Positions 59,145-64,000 of a stretch of 64,000 nt of DNA are shown here, piece after piece. Each line of letters starts with the position of its first letter. Within the stretch, counting starts at the first letter, position 1. Source of the DNA: a virus (taxonomy: Duplodnaviria > Caudoviricetes); IMG/VR virus record IMGVR_UViG_3300037455_000173, positions 102,593-166,592 of that record, one strand, 5' to 3'. A program made the position numbers and the translations under genes. The notes under the pieces are model-generated. The model saw nothing but the letters and a program-made list of their open reading frames with translations. It ran no database searches and was not told the origin of the DNA.

Positions 59145-59196
59145 CTGAAAACAGTTACCCGCTGTTCAGAAATAAATAGTAAAGGAGTAGAAAATC

Positions 59197-59709
59197 ATGG
59201 TTAATCAGATTAATATCCTAACTAACCCTAATGAGTTTACCACAGATGGTTACCTCAGAATTAAGGAATGGGGTCATGATATTGACCTGAGATTCCTAAT
59301 GCCAAAGGACTTCAGAGGCAAACTCAACAAGATTACTTGGAACACTGAAGATAATGAGAAGCACGTCATTACCAGTGCCGATGAATCTTGGAATTTATTC
59401 CAACAGGTTGGTGAACGACCTGAAGTAATTGTACCAAGTACCTGGCTAGATTCTTTAGAACTAGGTGGTACAGTACGTCTACGAATTATGTTCAGTTTCG
59501 ACACCTTCCGACAAAATCCAGATTGGTATGCTTATCTATACCTTAAAACAGTAAATGGAGACCCGAATGCAGCTTACCTAGCAGGTTCAACCGTTCGCCC
59601 CGGTGGTAACCCTAAAGGTGGTAGTGACTCAGGTTGTTGCGATTGTGAACACTGTCCTTGTAACAATCCTGATGTTGATGAGACAGACGACAGTTTACTT
59701 CAAGGTTAA
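59197..59709 (+). CDS. Hypothetical protein with Cys-rich C-terminus
   Basis: ORF with an AAGGAG RBS. Confidence 0.6.
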   Translation: MVNQINILTNPNEFTTDGYLRIKEWGHDIDLRFLMPKDFRGKLNKITWNTEDNEKHVITSADESWNLFQQVGERPEVIVPSTWLDSLELGGTVRLRIMFSFDTFRQNPDWYAYLYLKTVNGDPNAAYLAGSTVRPGGNPKGGSDSGCCDCEHCPCNNPDVDETDDSLLQG

Positions 59710-59719
59710 TAAGTGACGT

Positions 59720-59778
59720 TGCTTAAATGCAGTATTAATTACTATACAATATATGTACGGTAACACTGCATTTAAGCA
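59720..59778. terminator. Long hairpin with a 14-bp perfect stem
   Basis: TGCTTAAATGCAGT/ACTGCATTTAAGCA. The same 14-mer occurs at 42647-42660. Confidence 0.6.
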
Positions 59779-59793
59779 TTTTATTTAGAGAGG

Positions 59794-60147
59794 ATGAATA
59801 TTATGTATAAACAGACATGCGTAGTTAAGGTTGAAGATGTACCTAAAAATGAACCGGTTGACCTTTATATAATGAAGCGAGGTGCTGACCTGGTAGCGGC
59901 AGTAGTTACATCTAACACATATCAGACATCAAGAATTGCTGTAGAAAGTGGTATCAGAGATGTAGCTGACTTTACCAATATGTGCTCAGAACATAAATTC
60001 AATCTGGTTAAGGATTCTGAGTCACCTAGGCAGTATAATCTAGAATTTATGTTCGACATGCGAGACACACTTTGCACTGTAGATGAGTATCCTTGTCGAC
60101 CTGCTACCTTACCTGACCAGTTACTCAATTGTCTAGCAGGTAACTAA
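59794..60147 (+). CDS. Hypothetical protein
   Basis: ORF preceded by GAGAGG. Confidence 0.55.
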   Translation: MNIMYKQTCVVKVEDVPKNEPVDLYIMKRGADLVAAVVTSNTYQTSRIAVESGIRDVADFTNMCSEHKFNLVKDSESPRQYNLEFMFDMRDTLCTVDEYPCRPATLPDQLLNCLAGN

Positions 60148-60148
60148 A

Positions 60149-60179
60149 CTTCGAATTGCTAAAAAATTCATGTTAAAAT
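60149..60179 (+). promoter_or_regulatory. Phage promoter motif CTTCG-N20-TAAAAT (exonuclease)
   Basis: CTTCGAATTGCTAAAAAATTCATGTTAAAAT. Confidence 0.65.
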
Positions 60180-60230
60180 AAGCATACATAAACTTAAATA
60201 ATTTATGGGAATCTTACAAGGAGGAATTAA

Positions 60231-61109
60231 ATGAAATATCTGGTAATCGATACTTACGCTTTAAGTTTTAGAGCGTTATATGGCTACCCAGACCTTACCA
60301 ATAACAAGGGTGAACCCACTTCGGTTATTATTGGATTTTTCAAGCAGTTTTTAAGTAGAGTACATGCTGTAGAAGAATATTATCCAATATTTGTAACCGA
60401 TATGCCAGGTTCAGCAGATGTCCGTAAGGAACTGTATCCCGATTACAAAGCCAACAGGACAGCAGCAGATGCATCGTTCTATGAGCAAGTTGACTTTATA
60501 TTATCATTGGGTGCGCTTATCGGTACTGTATACAAACACCCAGGTCGTGAAGCTGATGACCTAGCAGGTGCGTTTGTTGAGAGATATGCAGATAAGAATG
60601 AGATAACTCTACTTACTGTTGACGCAGACTGGTTACAGCTTCTAAGAAAGAATGTAACGGTTATTCAACTTAAAACGAACGGAATCCATGTACGATGGGA
60701 CGATGCGCTATTCTTTGCGGAAAAGAAGATAGCACCTAAGCAATTAATTGACCTAAAGGCAATCGTAGGTGACGGTTCAGATAATATCCCAGGAGTTAAG
60801 GGGCTGGGTGAAGCAACCGGTATAGAATTGCTGCGTGAATTCGATAGTATCGACGATATTTATAACAATATCATCAAGGTAACGACTAAGCGTAAAGTTC
60901 AGCAAAAACTTATTGAGAACGAAGAGATGGTACGTCGGAACAGACAACTTGTGTCGCTTAATACTAGCGTTGATACATGGACTGAACCACAGACAGTGAT
61001 TACAGACAAAACCATCGACAAGTTTATTGATATGTTCTCTGAAAGGACAAATTCAATCGAATTGACCAATCTACTTGGTGTCTATTTACAACGTCGTAAG
61101 TCAAGATAA
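60231..61109 (+). CDS. 5'-3' exonuclease/flap endonuclease (PolA N-domain-like)
   Basis: 'YPDYKANR', 'EADD', 'DAD..QL' and 'GDGSDNIPGVKGLG' motifs. Confidence 0.92.
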   Translation: MKYLVIDTYALSFRALYGYPDLTNNKGEPTSVIIGFFKQFLSRVHAVEEYYPIFVTDMPGSADVRKELYPDYKANRTAADASFYEQVDFILSLGALIGTVYKHPGREADDLAGAFVERYADKNEITLLTVDADWLQLLRKNVTVIQLKTNGIHVRWDDALFFAEKKIAPKQLIDLKAIVGDGSDNIPGVKGLGEATGIELLREFDSIDDIYNNIIKVTTKRKVQQKLIENEEMVRRNRQLVSLNTSVDTWTEPQTVITDKTIDKFIDMFSERTNSIELTNLLGVYLQRRKSR

Positions 61110-61124
61110 AGGGGGTGGCATACC

Positions 61125-61646
61125 ATGTCGCCTATCGAGTATCAAGCAGCAAAAGTGCTAGGAGTTATTCATGCCAAACCGCATGACTATCAAGATGCAT
61201 TAGAATTGCCAAGAAATAAGACAGCTCGATATGCCGATTTGATGACGTATGTCGGTATGTATGTTCAAGGTATACTTCTTATAAACGAGTCCTTCTATCA
61301 TATAGATATAGGAACCATGCCTGCGTATGAAGCGTGCTGTAATATAATTCGTAAGAATAACCTTGCATACGCACGACCGATACCCCAGCAAGTAAGAATA
61401 AAGTTCCAATTATATTTAAGGTCTAATCTTCCGGTAGATTGGCTTACAGGTTTTCTGCGTGAATATCGATTACACCTGTTCGGCAATGTAATGTGGGTTG
61501 ACCAGAAGAAGCGTGAATACGTCACTGATTTTAATGACCCACGTTTTCTAGAAAAGACTAAGGGGATATGGTCATTAGATTATGAACCGCTTACCTCATA
61601 CGAGAGGTATTCTGAAATTAAAAACATCTTAGACAACACCACATAA
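61125..61646 (+). CDS. Hypothetical protein
   Basis: ORF with a GGGGG/GGTGG RBS. Confidence 0.55.
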   Translation: MSPIEYQAAKVLGVIHAKPHDYQDALELPRNKTARYADLMTYVGMYVQGILLINESFYHIDIGTMPAYEACCNIIRKNNLAYARPIPQQVRIKFQLYLRSNLPVDWLTGFLREYRLHLFGNVMWVDQKKREYVTDFNDPRFLEKTKGIWSLDYEPLTSYERYSEIKNILDNTT

Positions 61647-61678
61647 GTTCGTATTAAACTTGTGTGGTGTTGTATAAT
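61647..61678 (+). promoter_or_regulatory. Phage promoter motif TTCG-N21-TATAAT (glycosyltransferase operon)
   Basis: GTTCGTATTAAACTTGTGTGGTGTTGTATAAT. Confidence 0.7.
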
Positions 61679-61718
61679 ATAATAGTAAGTTAAAAACCAG
61701 CATTAAGGAGGATTATGT

Positions 61719-62627
61719 ATGGGACGAGTTATGTACGGAACTATTTCGTATATCCCACCAGACGCTGATAGAAAAGCAATGCGTATAGCTAACCACAGAA
61801 AACAGCTGGATTGGCTATCTACATTCCTAACACCAGATGATTTGTATTATAGAGTAGAGAGTGCTTGGGGTGATGATTCTGACTATGATTGTCTAAATGA
61901 TGTTCCATTTAATATCAAGCATATTAAGAATGGAGCTGCATACCCTGGTGCTAATAGAAATATTCTACTTGAAGAACTGTATACTTCAAATTACGATTGG
62001 TTAGTAATTATGGACGATGACCGTGCATTGTACCCTTATTTTAACGGTGAGGAGTTCTTTACCAAAGAGCTTAAAGGACCTGACGGTGACCGTTTAGCTA
62101 AGGAAGCTACTATAATCAAAGGCTTGCACCCAATGGTTGAACCATTTAAAAAGCAATGTATTGAATTCCCTAAGAAGAAGGAAGCTTGGTTCATGGCAAA
62201 AAGTTCTCCATTAGGTTTCCTTCAGATTGCTTGTATTCCTAATCTGGTGCGTTATGGTTACGAACCGATTTATATGAATGGTGAGACAAGTTGTCAGTTA
62301 GGTACACCGCCAGAAGATGTACAATTCGAGTTAGATTGGATTCTAGCAAAGCATGGTTTAGCTTGTAACAAAAACCTAATTATAAAAGAGTTCGGCGGTG
62401 AAAATCAAAGTTCACTATACCAGAATAAAGAACACCGTAGACAAGTTGAAGCATATCATAGAGAATGGCTTACAGAATATCTCAAAGAAAAGAATCCTAG
62501 AAACAAGGCACTATGGACTAAGAAAGAGCTTAACGCAAGGAGAAACACATTCGATGCAACCAAGCTGTTTCAACGTAGGGAGGTGCCTTGGCAAGATGAA
62601 TGGGACAATATTATCGAGCAGAAATGA
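61719..62627 (+). CDS. GT-A fold glycosyltransferase-like protein
   Basis: 'PGANRNILL', 'DWLVIMDDD' (DxD) and 'EDVQF' motifs. Confidence 0.7.
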   Translation: MGRVMYGTISYIPPDADRKAMRIANHRKQLDWLSTFLTPDDLYYRVESAWGDDSDYDCLNDVPFNIKHIKNGAAYPGANRNILLEELYTSNYDWLVIMDDDRALYPYFNGEEFFTKELKGPDGDRLAKEATIIKGLHPMVEPFKKQCIEFPKKKEAWFMAKSSPLGFLQIACIPNLVRYGYEPIYMNGETSCQLGTPPEDVQFELDWILAKHGLACNKNLIIKEFGGENQSSLYQNKEHRRQVEAYHREWLTEYLKEKNPRNKALWTKKELNARRNTFDATKLFQRREVPWQDEWDNIIEQK

Positions 62628-62979
62628 ATCGTATAAAGCAGAGCATATTAAAGCTGCTTTCGAAAAATTTATGTGTATAGCTAATCCAACTGTTAAACCT
62701 AAGACATTAAAAACCTATTGTTCAGATGCCATGTTTATCTGGGAACAATTACCTGATAAGTGGGTTTGGAAGATAGTTGACGGTGTAGAGCGTTGCGATG
62801 CAGAATGGAAGGTTCTTATACAGACGTATATCCGTAGGGACATCACTGCTACTAGAACTTGCCCAGACAAGGACGCTCGTAGCTATACGAAACACTTCTG
62901 GCAATTAATATTATTCCTAAGAATTTTTAATCTTATAGAGGAAGGAAGAATTGCAACACCAAGACGTATCGGAGAGTGA
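62596..62979 (+). CDS. Hypothetical protein
   Basis: 3' part of ORF 62398..62979. Start inferred at the ATG after GGAGG. Confidence 0.45.
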   Translation: MNGTILSSRNESYKAEHIKAAFEKFMCIANPTVKPKTLKTYCSDAMFIWEQLPDKWVWKIVDGVERCDAEWKVLIQTYIRRDITATRTCPDKDARSYTKHFWQLILFLRIFNLIEEGRIATPRRIGE

Positions 62980-63647
62980 TAATAATGGAAATACCAAGCT
63001 TCTTCTATATGCAAGATATTATCGAGCGTCGTAAAAGACTATTTGAGATAGGTAACAAAATCCCTGAATATTGTGAACTTAAAGAGATGGGTTGTAAGTT
63101 CTATGATGGTTTTCTTCTGCGAGACGAAGAGTCTGGAACCCAATTAGAACTTAACCATCTCTTTCTTCCTGATGATGTGAAAGATTGGGATAGAGGTACT
63201 CGGATACTAAATAGATACCTAAAGGTTATTCAATCTTTATATCTATTAGAGAATACCGAGCATTGTATAGATTCAGCGAGACGACTGATGTTAGAACGTG
63301 AGGAGTTATATAAACAGATAATTCGAGAAAGAGTGTTTAGCGGGCTTAGGTTGTATTATCGAAATCAAGATGGTAACTGGGGTATATATTTTATTGATGT
63401 TCAAGGCGCTCAGGTAAATCGCGCTATATTAACGAAAACTACTGATAAGAATGTTCGTAAGAGAAATTGGAAAGGCAATCTAAACAAGATGCAACTTTTC
63501 TTATTGCGGGAAGATGTTGAAAATAGAACTAGAAGCATAATGCGAGTTGAAGAGATATTTGACCGACATAGAGAAGAAATGATTATGGGAGGATTTGCTG
63601 GCTATTTTACTGTAGATAAGGGGTGGTATAATGGCGACTTGGGATGA
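62976..63647 (+). CDS. Hypothetical protein
   Basis: ORF coupled to its neighbours. Confidence 0.55.
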   Translation: MIIMEIPSFFYMQDIIERRKRLFEIGNKIPEYCELKEMGCKFYDGFLLRDEESGTQLELNHLFLPDDVKDWDRGTRILNRYLKVIQSLYLLENTEHCIDSARRLMLEREELYKQIIRERVFSGLRLYYRNQDGNWGIYFIDVQGAQVNRAILTKTTDKNVRKRNWKGNLNKMQLFLLREDVENRTRSIMRVEEIFDRHREEMIMGGFAGYFTVDKGWYNGDLG

Positions 63648-64000
63648 AGCAGAATCTACCTTTCTATTAGCTGCTGCTAAGACATATGCGGCAATGGCTA
63701 TTGCCAATCCATCTGGTTCATATAGTTCTTCTTTGTTCGTAACATTAAATATAGATGGTCTAGAATATCAGTGCCGATGTGATTGTACTGGTGTAATTCA
63801 AACAATAATCCGGGTTATGGGGTATGACCCGAACTGGGGACAATCGTCAGTTCCTGGTCATGAAGGTGATGCTTGGTATCTAGCTGATGCTACCGGTCCC
63901 TTTGTTAAAGATAAACAAGGTAATATCAGTTCTGATTGGGAAGTTCTTGATTTTGATGCTAATGATTGTCGACCGGGTGATATCCGTGCTGCTAGTAGTC
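63631..64000 (+). CDS. NlpC/P60-like peptidoglycan hydrolase, 5' part (runs off the window)
   Basis: Translated by hand: MATWDEAE...CRCDCTGVIQ...DCRPGDI. Open to the window end and absent from the ORF track. Confidence 0.6.
   Translation, partial: MATWDEAESTFLLAAAKTYAAMAIANPSGSYSSSLFVTLNIDGLEYQCRCDCTGVIQTIIRVMGYDPNWGQSSVPGHEGDAWYLADATGPFVKDKQGNISSDWEVLDFDANDCRPGDIRAASS

Noticed and set aside
1-64000. Stop-codon reassignment
   Set aside because: Standard code 11 gives dense, full-length genes, and TAA, TGA and TAG all end recognisable proteins.

Overview
This 64-kb window is part of a large, AT-rich tailed phage with a contractile (myovirus-type) baseplate. The probable host is an anaerobic Firmicute (class III RNR, Firmicute-like RBS and sigma factor). 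No integrase, capsid, terminase, sheath, DNA polymerase, tRNA or CRISPR is visible. Genes run on the minus strand from 1 to 56.8 kb and on the plus strand after a divergent, palindrome-rich intergenic region at 56.8-57.5 kb. In order, the window holds: tail fibres, endolysin, baseplate and tape measure (1-17 kb); a metabolic island, transcribed queA-queF-queC-queD-queE-folE-PRTase-nrdD-nrdG (17-25.4 kb); a tail chaperone with a probable TTT-CGA +1 frameshift; a degenerate NAD-ligase and a sigma factor; a variable receptor-binding module with an 11x41-aa repeat protein and a DGR-type target gene (32-43 kb); a bacterial-style replisome (primase, DnaB, RecD-like helicase, DnaC-like loader, clamp loader, beta clamp, RecU, SSB); dpdA; then a SNF2 helicase, a 5'-3' exonuclease and a GT-A glycosyltransferase. 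The strongest candidate for a new system is a complete preQ1 pathway plus DpdA plus a divergent QueA, with an HPRT-like PRTase and a glycosyltransferase as possible partners. This suggests DNA hypermodification beyond dPreQ1, to an (epoxy)queuosine-type base. Other notable signals are a 12-copy TTCG-N20/21-TATAAT promoter motif, near-total GATC avoidance, a DGR variable region with no RT or TR in the window, and a palindrome array at the strand switch. All calls come from motif recognition by eye; no searches were run.
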